Of a DNA stretch of 64,000 nucleotides, positions 24,175-34,286 are shown one piece after another; the first letter of the stretch is position 1, and every line of letters starts with the position of its first letter. Under the pieces are notes generated by a model. It was not told the origin of the DNA. It was given only the letters and a program-made list of their open reading frames with translations, and made no database searches. The stretch is from a virus (lineage: Duplodnaviria > Caudoviricetes). Made by a program: the position numbers and the translations under genes. The stretch is from positions 2,058 to 66,057 of IMG/VR virus record IMGVR_UViG_3300020181_000012; one strand, written 5' to 3'.

Positions 24175-26373
24175 ATGGAAATTAAGTTTATAACGGGCCG
24201 GGAGAATCACCAAGTAAGTTATCCAAGGGTAGAATTAGAGGAATGTAAAGAATTTCTCAGGAAGTTGGACATTATTTGTTTGGACACTGAAAATAGTAGC
24301 CTGTTTCCTCTTCATGCAGTACATCTATTATTACAGGTAGGAAATACAGAGACATGTTATGTTATAGATAGAACATCTGTAGAAATAGATTGGTTAAAGG
24401 AGTTTCAATCTAAGACAATAATAGGAGCTAACCTTAAATATGATTATGAAATTCTAAAGACAGCAGGAATTGAATTTAGAAACATGATAGATGTTATGGT
24501 AACTGAACAGACTAGTGGTATGGGTACTACTAGGAAGAATAGTTTAGATGCTATAATAGAGAGGAGACTAAATACAAAAGCTAGATTTGATAAGTCATTA
24601 AGAAATGAATTTATCAATGGTACAAAGAGCTTTGTATTTCATGATAGACATATAGAATACGCTGCTGATGATATACAGTATCTACTTGGAATAAGAAAGA
24701 TACAAAAGGAACTAATTATAGATAAATTAGGTTTAGGATTCTTATTAGATAATATTGAGTTTCCTTTAATGCCTATATTAGGGGATGCTGAGTTGAGAGG
24801 TATCAACTTTAATATACCTAAGTGGAGAGAAAATATAATTAAGAATAAGAAAAAGAAGTATGAGATAGAACTTAAACTTGATGAACAGTTAACCTTGTTA
24901 TCTGAAGGGGAGAACACGTCAATAAAAGCAATAGATGAAATGAAGCCTATTGATGCTTTTAAGGTAATAAAGGGAGGTAGATTTTCACGTAAACGTAATG
25001 ATTTACATAATGCTATCCAACCAGATATATTTGGGAATGAAAAGATAATTAAAGTTAAGAATAAAGCTAATGTTAATTGGGGTTCCCCTACACAAGTTAA
25101 GGATATATTTAGGAAGCTAGGACAACCACTACCAATAGGTAAAGAGAAGAAGGAAAGTATAGGTGTGGAGTATCTTAAGCAATATCTTATAGATTATCCT
25201 AAGAGTAAGATGTATAGGCTCGTTGAGCTTTTAATTGAATATAGCGATGTTACTCAGAAGATAAGCGCATTTGGTCAGGGACATATAGATATAGTAAGTC
25301 CTGTATCTGGTAGAATACATACTATATATACTCAAGCAGGAAGTGCAACAGGTAGATTTAGATCTGGTAATATGGAGCATGGTATGTTTAATTCACAACA
25401 GATACCTGCTGATAATGATTATAGAGATTGTTTCTATGCAACTCCTGGATATAAAATATTAACAATAGATTTATCTTCTGCTGAGTTAATTATATTAGGA
25501 TCACTAGCAAAAGATCCAAAACTATTAGAATTACAATCTAAAGATATACATAGTTATCTTGCTATTGCAGCTTATAATAATATACTTCTTGATATTAGAA
25601 AGACAATACTTGCCAGAAAAGAAGGTATTAAAGAACATCATATTAAGCAAGTACAAGATTTGTTATCTGGACATAAAGACGATGAAAAGATTACTTTTGA
25701 AAGAGCTAAGGTAATACTTGAAAACTTTATGGAAGGAGAACAGCTTACTATTTCTAAGAAAAAAGATAGTGATAAACCTGATGCTAAATATATAGAATTT
25801 GGATGGTTAAGAGATGCATTTAAGAACGTTGTATATGGTCTTATATATGGTGCTACTGCTAAGAGAATATCTGAAGTATTAGGAATAAATACATCTTGGG
25901 CAACTGTAGTTCTCAAAACTCTTAGAGCTGAGCTTCCAGTTACATTTGCCTATCTAGATGGAGTAGCAGCACAAGCTGTTAATGAAGGGTATGTAATATT
26001 ATCCGAGAGAACTAAAGCTAGAAGATGGTTCCAGAATGTACTAGATGCTAAAAAGAATAGAATTCCTTTATCTAATACAGAGAAAGGAGATGTTGAAAGA
26101 GAAGCTAAAAATGCACCTATTCAATCAACTAATGCATGGATTGTTAAAGAAGCTATTGTGAGAATTGCTAATGAATATATCAGACCAAATAATTTAGATG
26201 CACATTTAATAATGCAGGTTCATGATGAACTTGTATATGAGTTCAAAGAAGAGTTAGAAGGAACATTTGATAAAGAAGTCCATCGTATATTAACTGATAC
26301 AGCATCTAGATATCTTGCAGAAGGTGTATCTATGGGAGCAAGTTATCATGTTATGGATACATGGCATAAATAA
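24175..26373 (+). CDS. polA: DNA polymerase family A with 3'-5' exonuclease
   Basis: ExoI CLDTEN, ExoII GANLKYD, ExoIII YAADD; motif A DLSSAEL, motif B R.AFKNVVYGLIYG, motif C QVHDEL. Confidence 0.95.
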   Translation: MEIKFITGRENHQVSYPRVELEECKEFLRKLDIICLDTENSSLFPLHAVHLLLQVGNTETCYVIDRTSVEIDWLKEFQSKTIIGANLKYDYEILKTAGIEFRNMIDVMVTEQTSGMGTTRKNSLDAIIERRLNTKARFDKSLRNEFINGTKSFVFHDRHIEYAADDIQYLLGIRKIQKELIIDKLGLGFLLDNIEFPLMPILGDAELRGINFNIPKWRENIIKNKKKKYEIELKLDEQLTLLSEGENTSIKAIDEMKPIDAFKVIKGGRFSRKRNDLHNAIQPDIFGNEKIIKVKNKANVNWGSPTQVKDIFRKLGQPLPIGKEKKESIGVEYLKQYLIDYPKSKMYRLVELLIEYSDVTQKISAFGQGHIDIVSPVSGRIHTIYTQAGSATGRFRSGNMEHGMFNSQQIPADNDYRDCFYATPGYKILTIDLSSAELIILGSLAKDPKLLELQSKDIHSYLAIAAYNNILLDIRKTILARKEGIKEHHIKQVQDLLSGHKDDEKITFERAKVILENFMEGEQLTISKKKDSDKPDAKYIEFGWLRDAFKNVVYGLIYGATAKRISEVLGINTSWATVVLKTLRAELPVTFAYLDGVAAQAVNEGYVILSERTKARRWFQNVLDAKKNRIPLSNTEKGDVEREAKNAPIQSTNAWIVKEAIVRIANEYIRPNNLDAHLIMQVHDELVYEFKEELEGTFDKEVHRILTDTASRYLAEGVSMGASYHVMDTWHK

Positions 26374-26374
26374 A

Positions 26375-26674
26375 ATGAAGAAATCAGATAAATTAAAATT
26401 AGAATCACAACAAGAAGAAAATGATCTTAAAGCTCTAGGAATAGGTAAAAAGGTTTTAAGAGAAGAGAGAAATGAAAGGTTTGAAGATAAGTATTTAGAA
26501 CAAATCAAATCTAAATATGAAGTATATGGAGATGCAAATTCTGGAAAATATACTATTGATGATACAGAATTTGGAGTTATTGATTTCTTTCCTAAAGCTA
26601 ATAAGATATTAATTAGGAAAGAGAATAAGTGGATGACTGGAGGATTAAAATGGATAAAAGAGAATTTACTATAA
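26375..26674 (+). CDS. Hypothetical protein
   Basis: Start taken at ATG 26375 just after the polA stop. Confidence 0.65.
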   Translation: MKKSDKLKLESQQEENDLKALGIGKKVLREERNERFEDKYLEQIKSKYEVYGDANSGKYTIDDTEFGVIDFFPKANKILIRKENKWMTGGLKWIKENLL

Positions 26675-26683
26675 ATCTAAATT

Positions 26684-26932
26684 ATGACTAAGAATAAACT
26701 TAAAATATTAATTGTAGGTGAAACAGCTACGGGTAAAACTACTATTGCAAATTTAATTTATAAATCTTTAAAAGATAAAAAATTAGATGTAGTAGAATTA
26801 ATAGATCCTGATCTAGAAAATCTTATGTCTGATAGAAAATTAGAAAAAAATATTTTATCTTTAATAGATAAAGAAACTATTATAGAGATAGAACAGATAC
26901 AACTTAATAGAAAAACAGGTGATAGATTATGA
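26684..26932 (+). CDS. Small P-loop-containing protein
   Basis: KILIVGETATGKTT Walker A in an 82-aa ORF. Confidence 0.6.
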   Translation: MTKNKLKILIVGETATGKTTIANLIYKSLKDKKLDVVELIDPDLENLMSDRKLEKNILSLIDKETIIEIEQIQLNRKTGDRL

Positions 26933-27128
26933 CATATTAAATGCTGATACATATAAAAATATGAAAGCCTTTATTAAAGAATTTTATACACTTGGATATG
27001 ATCCTATAGGTGGAATATCTGTTGTATATGATTCTAAAGGAAAGAAAGAATATTATCAGTCAATTATAAAGAAAAGAAATCCAAGAATTAAAAATAGAAA
27101 ATATGTTATCTCTAGCAGAGGATATTAG
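26919..27128 (+). CDS. DUF1737-like small protein
   Basis: YDIL...GY.PIGGIS...YYQSIIK pattern. Confidence 0.5.
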   Translation: MIDYDILNADTYKNMKAFIKEFYTLGYDPIGGISVVYDSKGKKEYYQSIIKKRNPRIKNRKYVISSRGY

Positions 27129-27308
27129 TAAGAATTGTGCAAATAATGGAGGATCTTTAGCTAGATCCTATAAAGATTGTATTACTAATGAATATGATAG
27201 AATCTGGATTAAAGAGATATATAAAGTTGGCAGTAGATGTAGATTTAAACATTATTGTTTTAGTCATATAACTATAGTGGTTGTGGAAAACTGAAAAATT
27301 ACGTACCT

Positions 27309-27554
27309 TTGTATCTTAACCTAAAAGAAGAGATGCCTAGAATAGTATGTAATGATGGATATTTGAGAAGAATCATGCCTTCTCAAGGAGTCGGAAAACA
27401 TTTAAAAGTTAGCATAGCTAATACAACAAAAGCATATTGTGAAGAGTGTGGACAAGAGTTTAGAGCAGTTGAATCTGCTTTACAAATGGAAGATTGGAAA
27501 GCACATGTATGTGACACTTCAAAACTAAAAAAGTATCAACCAAAAGAAAAATAG
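27309..27554 (+). CDS. Putative zinc-finger protein
   Basis: CEECG...HVC; likely start at MPRIVC. Confidence 0.6.
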   Translation: MYLNLKEEMPRIVCNDGYLRRIMPSQGVGKHLKVSIANTTKAYCEECGQEFRAVESALQMEDWKAHVCDTSKLKKYQPKEK

Positions 27555-27555
27555 T

Positions 27556-27810
27556 ATGAATATAGATGATGAATATCTAGAAGATGATTTTGATGAGGAA
27601 TTTGAAGAATTAGAAGAACAAATTCCCGAACTAAGTACTAAGGAAATCTTAGAAGAGAAGAAGGAATCCTTTATTAAGGATTTAATAAAGATATATAGAA
27701 ATCATGGATTATCTCTAGCTCATGAGGATCATCAAGGAGCTTTTATAGTAAGAAACTTAGAAGATGATGATATTGAATGGCTAAAGGATGCATTTAATGA
27801 AATTAAATAA
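27556..27810 (+). CDS. Acidic hypothetical protein
   Basis: D/E-rich N-terminus. Confidence 0.65.
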   Translation: MNIDDEYLEDDFDEEFEELEEQIPELSTKEILEEKKESFIKDLIKIYRNHGLSLAHEDHQGAFIVRNLEDDDIEWLKDAFNEIK

Positions 27811-27812
27811 TT

Positions 27813-27902
27813 ATGGAAATAGAAATTGGAGAAAACTTAGCTCAAATGATATTAGGAGTAATATCAATTTTAGCATTTGCATTTATAATGCTTAGAGCAT
27901 GA
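27813..27902 (+). CDS. 29-aa TM peptide
   Basis: MEIEIGENLAQMILGVISILAFAFIMLRA, ATGA-coupled to the helicase. Confidence 0.5.
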   Translation: MEIEIGENLAQMILGVISILAFAFIMLRA

Positions 27903-29218
27903 CAAGAGATGAAAGACAAGATCTAGCTATAAGTCTTTACAGAAAGTCTAATGGTCGTGGTACTTTTAATCATTGTACAGGTTTTGGTAAAACTACTGAA
28001 GCTAAGAAGATTGTTAATAAAATAAAAGAAGTACATGGAGATATAGATTATATTGTATGTGTTCCTACCTCTCCCCTCAAGGATCAATGGGAAGATAGAT
28101 TAGATAAAGATAATCATAAAGTTATAACAATACAATGGCTTCTATATCAAATTAAACATGGAATCATACCTAAAGATACAAAGATAAAGTGTCACTTTCT
28201 TGTAATAGATGAAATTCATAAGTTTGCAGCAGATCAGTTTAGTTTAATATTTGAGTACATTGAATATAAATTTATACTTGGTCTTACAGCTACTTATGAA
28301 AGACTAGATGGAAAGCAAGAAATAATTGATAGATTTTGTCCAGTTATAGATATAGTAACATTAGAGGAAGCTAGAAGAAATGGATGGGTAGCTGACTTTA
28401 CTGAATATAATTGGGGAATTGAACTATCAGAAGAAGAAAGAAAAGAATATAATGAGCTTAATGAAAGAATAGATAAACACTTTCCATTCTTTAATACTGA
28501 TTATCAATTAATGATTAGTTGTTGTAGTGCTTATGGAGCTAATAACTTTATACGTATATATGATCCTGAAGTAATAATAGAAGGTAAACAACTAGTTGAT
28601 AAAAGCCTCGTAGAATATGTAACTTCAAAAGCTAATGTTGGTAAGGAATTATTTGATAGAAGATCTAAAATATTAAATGATTCGCCTACTAAGATAGATG
28701 CTGTTATTGAGGCCGTACATTACCTTAAAATGAAAACTGTTACATTTGGATTAACTATTAATACAGCAGATGTAATAACAGATAAGCTTAAACCCATAGC
28801 AGTTAGTTATCATAGTTCTATACCTACTGAGGTAATGATGTTACCTAATAAGAAAGGTATTATCAAACCTAAGAAAGTAGGAGGTAAGACTAGACAGAAA
28901 ATGGTGCTTGATGATTTTGATAAAGATAAATATCAAGTAATGAATACTGCTAAAAAGGCTGATCTGGGTTTAGATGTAGCTGGACTTAGAGCTGCTATAG
29001 TCTATGCTGCTACAGAAGATTCAGGTGTTCACGATCAAAGAAGAGGTAGAATAACTAGAAAGGAAGAAATAACAGTTGATGGGCAAGTTGTTTGGAAAGA
29101 GGCTATAATAGTTAATATTTACTTTAAGAATACTAAAGATGAATATAAACTTAAACATAGACAAAAGAACAGCTTCAGAATAAGAAATATTAGTAGAATA
29201 GATCAGATTGAAATATGA
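27899..29218 (+). CDS. Superfamily 2 (DExH) helicase
   Basis: TGFGKT, VIDEIH, GLTAT, LGLDV, QRRGR motifs. Confidence 0.9.
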   Translation: MTRDERQDLAISLYRKSNGRGTFNHCTGFGKTTEAKKIVNKIKEVHGDIDYIVCVPTSPLKDQWEDRLDKDNHKVITIQWLLYQIKHGIIPKDTKIKCHFLVIDEIHKFAADQFSLIFEYIEYKFILGLTATYERLDGKQEIIDRFCPVIDIVTLEEARRNGWVADFTEYNWGIELSEEERKEYNELNERIDKHFPFFNTDYQLMISCCSAYGANNFIRIYDPEVIIEGKQLVDKSLVEYVTSKANVGKELFDRRSKILNDSPTKIDAVIEAVHYLKMKTVTFGLTINTADVITDKLKPIAVSYHSSIPTEVMMLPNKKGIIKPKKVGGKTRQKMVLDDFDKDKYQVMNTAKKADLGLDVAGLRAAIVYAATEDSGVHDQRRGRITRKEEITVDGQVVWKEAIIVNIYFKNTKDEYKLKHRQKNSFRIRNISRIDQIEI

Positions 29219-29562
29219 TTAATAAAAGCGAAGTAAAACATACTAATAAGAAGAAGGTAAAGAGGAAAAAGCAAAAATTAATTAGTCCTGAAAAGATAGT
29301 AATTGAAAAGAATATACCTAGATCTAATTTAAATTCATTAAAGAAGAACAATAGAGATAAAATTCTAATAGAAAATGAATATAGAAAGATTATTGCTACT
29401 ATGGAAGTTAAAGATTCATTCTTCTTAGAAGGACATTTTACTGAATTAAGCAGTATGTTGAGTAGATTAAGAACTGCTTCTAAAGGGTTAGGATATAAAA
29501 TAATTTGTAGAAGCGTTATAGAAAAAGATATAATAGGAGTAAGAATTTGGAGAACTAAATAA
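29215..29562 (+). CDS. Small DNA-binding-like protein (paralog of 19171)
   Basis: IEKNIP...MEVKDSF...GVRIWRTK. Confidence 0.65.
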   Translation: MINKSEVKHTNKKKVKRKKQKLISPEKIVIEKNIPRSNLNSLKKNNRDKILIENEYRKIIATMEVKDSFFLEGHFTELSSMLSRLRTASKGLGYKIICRSVIEKDIIGVRIWRTK

Positions 29563-29846
29563 TGGCAAAGCTTAGACCATCAAAAGATAATATGCTTACT
29601 AATGCTCTCTATAGAAAAGGAGATTTAGTAGAATGTATAGATAGTAATCTTCTCTCTGAAGATGCTACAAAGTTTATTAAAGCTAGAAAATTTCATCCAA
29701 TTAGACATGTATATAGTGCTTTAACTGAGCCTATATTAATATTAGAACCTATAGAAGGAGTAGAATATCCAATGTTAGGAGGTAAACCTTATCCTTTTAT
29801 GAGTGATAGATTTAGAAAAATAGAAAATGGTCAATTACATATATGA
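29562..29846 (+). CDS. Small SH3/KOW-like protein
   Basis: KGDLVECI...F.SDRFRK; resembles 36180. Confidence 0.55.
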   Translation: MAKLRPSKDNMLTNALYRKGDLVECIDSNLLSEDATKFIKARKFHPIRHVYSALTEPILILEPIEGVEYPMLGGKPYPFMSDRFRKIENGQLHI

Positions 29847-30298
29847 AAACACCTACATTTGAAGAACAATATCAGAAGATAGTTTCTGCCTATTACAAGA
29901 ATGAATTAAATCCGCTACAAAGTTGTGCATGTTTTATAGGTAATATGTTAAATAATAATGAGACTTGGAGTAGGGGTAGAGATTTTTATAATAGATCTCA
30001 TGGTTGGAATATAATGGAAGAATGTGATAAATCACAGGTAGAATCAGCTTTGGAGTGTCTTAAACAAGAATCTAATTCTTTTTATACAATAGCAGATATA
30101 ATTAAATTAGAACAAAATTTTCTAAGAATATCAATTCCAATTAATTGCATTATTAATGCACATGGACATAAGATTAGAGAGGATAATTTATTTAAGGCAA
30201 TGGAATCCACTTTAGAGATGTTAAGAGAAATTCATGAATCAAAAGGAGAAATAGTAAAAGATTATAACTTTGTAAAACGAGAGGTAGTTAATGTATAA
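29843..30298 (+). CDS. Hypothetical protein
   Basis: In-operon ORF. Confidence 0.7.
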   Translation: MKTPTFEEQYQKIVSAYYKNELNPLQSCACFIGNMLNNNETWSRGRDFYNRSHGWNIMEECDKSQVESALECLKQESNSFYTIADIIKLEQNFLRISIPINCIINAHGHKIREDNLFKAMESTLEMLREIHESKGEIVKDYNFVKREVVNV

Positions 30299-30914
30299 TG
30301 CAGAGAAGCTGACAAATATATATGTGAAGTATGGTATAACTCCTAATCAATTCTATGTATTATATTTAATATATAGTAAGGATTGGAACAATTTATACAG
30401 ATATAAGGAAAATGTTATAAGTAAAGTAACAAAGAATGATAAAGGTGAATCTATCAATTTACATGGTTTTGATGTTGAAGAAGAACTACAACCATTAATT
30501 GATAAAGGTTATTTAGAAGATCCATTTACAAGAGGAGTTAGTAGAAGTAATTTTGAAATAGTTGACCTTATGGTTACACCTACTTTTTCTAGTAAAATAT
30601 TTATTGATTCATGGCAAGCAGGAGAAGAACTATGGAAGCTATATCCCCACTTTCTAGAAATTAATGGACAGAAAGTAGTAGCTAAAAAAGGTGGAGAAAT
30701 GAATGGTAAATATTATGGTAAAGAAGAACTAATAGAGTTATATTCAAAGAAAATTGGTAATTCAAGAGATAAACATGACTGGATTCTAAGAAAAACTAAA
30801 TTAGCTATAGATCAGAAGGTTATTAACTTCCCTATAAGAAACTTCATTTATGATGAAATGTGGGAAGCATTTGAAGAATTAGAAGATACAGGAAACAAAA
30901 ATGTCTTTATTTGA
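30291..30914 (+). CDS. Putative replication initiator/helicase-associated protein
   Basis: wHTH-like N-terminus (GITPNQFYVLYLI...LIDKGYL), ELWKLYP helix, adjacent to dnaB; function by position. Confidence 0.45.
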   Translation: MYNAEKLTNIYVKYGITPNQFYVLYLIYSKDWNNLYRYKENVISKVTKNDKGESINLHGFDVEEELQPLIDKGYLEDPFTRGVSRSNFEIVDLMVTPTFSSKIFIDSWQAGEELWKLYPHFLEINGQKVVAKKGGEMNGKYYGKEELIELYSKKIGNSRDKHDWILRKTKLAIDQKVINFPIRNFIYDEMWEAFEELEDTGNKNVFI

Positions 30915-32073
30915 TGAAGGTTTAAATAGAATTGAAGATGGTCTTAGAGGTGAAAACGTAGGACTACCTCATGGATTTACTCGTCTGATGGAATATATTC
31001 CAAATACTCAGCAAGCTACTTATTATTTATTAGGTGGTGAAACTGGTAGTGGGAAGACTAGCCTTACAGATGATATGTTCATGTATAATCCTTATGATTA
31101 TCTATATGATCCTAAGCAATATGTTATAAATACTAATGGACTTTTTGGAATAAAACTAAATAAAGATCAAGAAAATAGAGTTGAATTAGAAGCAGAGAAG
31201 ATTAAGGGGGAAATAGACAGACTAAAATTGGAACTCTCCCTTGTATATTACTCCTTTGAGATTGAAAAGATTATTAAAATAATTAAAGGAGTATGTAGAA
31301 GATTATACTATAAATATAATATAATTGTTGACGTTAATTATGTATTAAGTAGAGGTAAAAATAGAATAGCAACTGAAATATATGAAAAAGTAAAAGAAAC
31401 AAGAGATTATTTTGAAAGACTAGAAACTGTATTAGATATTCATGATATTCCTACTAATCCAACAGGAATAAGTAAACATCTTAAATCTTATTTCATGAAG
31501 TGTGGAACTATCCACAAGGTAGATGATTATAGATTTAGATATTTACCTAGAAACAAGAATAGGTATAACATTGTTATTGTAGATCACATTGCATTATCAA
31601 AGAAGGAGCAAGGCTTCACTACTAAGGAGAATATAGATAAGCTCTCTGAATATCTCGTATTGTATAGGAATAAGTTTAGCGCAATACCTGTAGTTATAAG
31701 TCAGTTTAACAGGTCAATATCATCTACTGATAGATTTAAATTAGAGATGGTGAAACCTCAACTAAGTGACTTTAAAGATACAGGTAATCCTCAACAGGAT
31801 GCTAATACTATTATGGGTATATTCAGTCCTAACAGGTATAGTATACCTAAATATGGAGGTTATAATGTAAGTGCATTAGGAGACAGATTCAGAGGATTAT
31901 CTATACTTAAGAACCGGGACGGTACTCCTGATATTAGTGTAGGCTTAGGATATATAGGAGAAGTAGGTGTGTTTAGAGAGTTGCCACCTGCTACTAAATT
32001 AGTATCTGAAGATCATTACCAAAATTTATTAAAAGCAATAGAGGATAAAAAGTTTAAAGACAGTTCAATATGA
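30901..32073 (+). CDS. dnaB: DnaB-like replicative helicase
   Basis: GETGSGKT, IVIVDHI, ISQFNR, DFKDTG...QDAN, LKNRDG. Confidence 0.9.
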   Translation: MSLFDEGLNRIEDGLRGENVGLPHGFTRLMEYIPNTQQATYYLLGGETGSGKTSLTDDMFMYNPYDYLYDPKQYVINTNGLFGIKLNKDQENRVELEAEKIKGEIDRLKLELSLVYYSFEIEKIIKIIKGVCRRLYYKYNIIVDVNYVLSRGKNRIATEIYEKVKETRDYFERLETVLDIHDIPTNPTGISKHLKSYFMKCGTIHKVDDYRFRYLPRNKNRYNIVIVDHIALSKKEQGFTTKENIDKLSEYLVLYRNKFSAIPVVISQFNRSISSTDRFKLEMVKPQLSDFKDTGNPQQDANTIMGIFSPNRYSIPKYGGYNVSALGDRFRGLSILKNRDGTPDISVGLGYIGEVGVFRELPPATKLVSEDHYQNLLKAIEDKKFKDSSI

Positions 32074-32882
32074 CAGAAGAAAAAGATCAACCTAAGAAAC
32101 AAGAGGATCTTAAAATAGAAGCAAATGAGACTTCTAATGAAAGAAAAGTAGTACAAGAAGCTGAAGTAGTTGAAGAATCAAAAGCTAAAACTGACGATTT
32201 TAAACAGAAAGTAGAGCTTGCAAAGCTTGACAATTTCCACAATGTAGGAGATATGCTAGGATTTGCAGAAGTATTACTTAGAAGTAGATTATTACCTGAC
32301 GCATTCACATCGCCTGAAAAGGTTATTGTAGCTATGCAACAAGGTAGAGAGCTAGGTTTAGGTGCAGTTGCATCTCTTAATAACATACACGTTATTGAGG
32401 GTAGACCAGCTCTATCAGTTCATGCCATAGGTGCTTTGCTTAGAAGAGTAGGAGTAGCTTATCAAACTATTAGGAATTATGAGCCTGAATATGAAATAGA
32501 CTCTTTAACAGGAGATCTAGTTCTATATAATCCTAATAAGAAGGATGCTAACGGTAAACCTGTTAAAGCTACTAAAGAAGAAGGGGGTAGACCACGTAGA
32601 GTAGACATTGTTACATCAATAAAATTCTTTAGAAGATGGGAAGATAGAGTTATAGAAGAAGTAGTTGACTTTAGATGGAGTGAAGCACAAGCTCAGAATT
32701 TGGTTGAGAAATCAAATTGGGTGAAAATGCCGAGAATTATGATGTGGAATAGATGTTTAGCAATAGGTGGTAGAAGGGTAGCTCCTGATGCATTACTTGG
32801 TATGTTAGAAATTTCAGAAGTTGCCGACATGACAGGTATTACAATAGATCTAGATGAACAAGGAAATCCTCTTAAAAAATAA
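32070..32882 (+). CDS. Single-strand annealing protein (RecT/Redbeta-like)
   Basis: QGRELGLG...IHVIEGRP, W.KMPRIMMWNRC...R..PD.L.G motifs. Confidence 0.7.
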   Translation: MTEEKDQPKKQEDLKIEANETSNERKVVQEAEVVEESKAKTDDFKQKVELAKLDNFHNVGDMLGFAEVLLRSRLLPDAFTSPEKVIVAMQQGRELGLGAVASLNNIHVIEGRPALSVHAIGALLRRVGVAYQTIRNYEPEYEIDSLTGDLVLYNPNKKDANGKPVKATKEEGGRPRRVDIVTSIKFFRRWEDRVIEEVVDFRWSEAQAQNLVEKSNWVKMPRIMMWNRCLAIGGRRVAPDALLGMLEISEVADMTGITIDLDEQGNPLKK

Positions 32883-32889
32883 TTAATAA

Positions 32890-32921
32890 TTTGGAAATGA
32901 TGTTCGGAAGTATTAATTTTA
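32890..32921 (+). promoter_or_regulatory. Probable host-sigma promoter (variant)
   Basis: TTTG-N20-TAATTTTA upstream of 32997. Confidence 0.4.
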
Positions 32922-32996
32922 CTCTATCAAAAGAACATAAGTCAACTCACTGATGTTATATTTTTAAACAATTTAAACAACAAAAACAATTTAATT

Positions 32997-33497
32997 ATGG
33001 CTATTATTAAAGCAACAAACAAAAAGCAGTATGCAATCGAGCAAAAATCTTTAGTTAGAATTCTTGCTAGTGGTATCAAGTTAACAGAGGCTTCTATGAA
33101 GGCTATGGATTTGAAAAAAGGAGATAAAGTTAACTATGGTACAGACGATACCGATGGTACTTTGGTTCTTTACAAATCAGAAGAAGGTGCAGTAATTGGT
33201 GGTAACAAAACCTTTACTAGCCAAGGCTTTAAGTCTGAGCTTCTTGCTCTTGCTAATGGTGCTGCTATTATGCAAGACGGGAAAGCTACTACTGAAAAAG
33301 TATCTCTTGATACTAAAGTAAAAGGTGGACTTCAAATCAGATTTGATGTTTCTACTACTCCTAGAGAAGAAGGTGGAGAGAAATTCTTCCCTGTAACTTT
33401 CAAAGAAGCAGTTCTAGAATCTTCTACTGAAGAAGATGAAGATGAAACTACTGATGCTGCTCCTGCAACAAAAACTGAAAAAGAAGATAACTTCTAA
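32997..33497 (+). CDS. Hypothetical protein, possible AbrB-like swapped hairpin, acidic tail
   Basis: IKLTEASMKAMDLKKGDKVNY; high-expression codon bias. Confidence 0.65.
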   Translation: MAIIKATNKKQYAIEQKSLVRILASGIKLTEASMKAMDLKKGDKVNYGTDDTDGTLVLYKSEEGAVIGGNKTFTSQGFKSELLALANGAAIMQDGKATTEKVSLDTKVKGGLQIRFDVSTTPREEGGEKFFPVTFKEAVLESSTEEDEDETTDAAPATKTEKEDNF

Positions 33498-33521
33498 TTC
33501 AAACAATTAACACTTAAATAC

Positions 33522-33556
33522 ATAGGGATATAGAGAGGTCTATATCCCTATTTTTA
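33522..33556 (+). terminator. Rho-independent terminator
   Basis: ATAGGGATATAGA-gagg-TCTATATCCCTAT plus T tract. Confidence 0.85.
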
Positions 33557-33599
33557 CATTCACCTATTTCAAATTTAAAATCTAAACAAAAATATAACA

Positions 33600-34229
33600 A
33601 TGGGATACGGAAGTAAATCCAGTGACATAAGAGAAGGTGCATCACTAGGTCATGGTGTACATAAGAAAGTAAATCTTGTAGAAGTTAAGAAACATATAAC
33701 TGAGCCTAAAAAAGGAGCAGATGCAGGATATGACGTACTAGATTATATCTTTAAGAACAAAAAAGGAGATCAATATGTTTACAGAATCTTTAATCCAGAG
33801 GGGGGAGATGATGAAACTAAAGTAGCAAAAGCTCAAAAAGATGCTTCTGATAAAGTAGTTTATATAGCTAGTAAAATTTCTAATAAAGAAGTTGAATTAA
33901 ACGGAGATAAAATCAATTCTTGGGATGATTTTACGACTGAAGCTATAGCACTTCTTCCTGAAGGATTTGAGAAAATTGATCTTGATATTAAACTAGTTGG
34001 TAGTGTATATCAAGGTAAAGCTAATGTAGGCGCACCTAATATCTATCAAGGTGGATGGATTGGTGGAGGATGGATTAAAAGATCTGACTCTAAAGACGAA
34101 CTTACATTATCTGAACAAGATAAGAAAAGTATTGCTCAATATGAAGAGACTATCAAAAAGTCTAGTAACTCAGCACCAGCAGGAGCTGCACCAGCAATGG
34201 GCAGTGGAGATGGTGATGTAGTATTCTAA
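33600..34229 (+). CDS. Putative single-stranded DNA-binding protein
   Basis: Beta-rich core, flexible linker, acidic tail ending DGDVVF; upstream of primase. Confidence 0.55.
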   Translation: MGYGSKSSDIREGASLGHGVHKKVNLVEVKKHITEPKKGADAGYDVLDYIFKNKKGDQYVYRIFNPEGGDDETKVAKAQKDASDKVVYIASKISNKEVELNGDKINSWDDFTTEAIALLPEGFEKIDLDIKLVGSVYQGKANVGAPNIYQGGWIGGGWIKRSDSKDELTLSEQDKKSIAQYEETIKKSSNSAPAGAAPAMGSGDGDVVF

Positions 34230-34249
34230 GTTTAACAAACTAAAAATAA

Positions 34250-34282
34250 AAAGCCTGTTAGAATTTCTAGCAGGCTTTTATC
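34250..34282 (+). terminator. Rho-independent terminator
   Basis: AAAGCCTGTTAGA-att-TCTAGCAGGCTTT plus T. Confidence 0.75.
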
Positions 34283-34286
34283 TTAT

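Noticed and set aside
27103-27294. Track ORF 27103-27294 as a gene
   Set aside because: Possible but not supported by motifs or a clear leader; left uncalled
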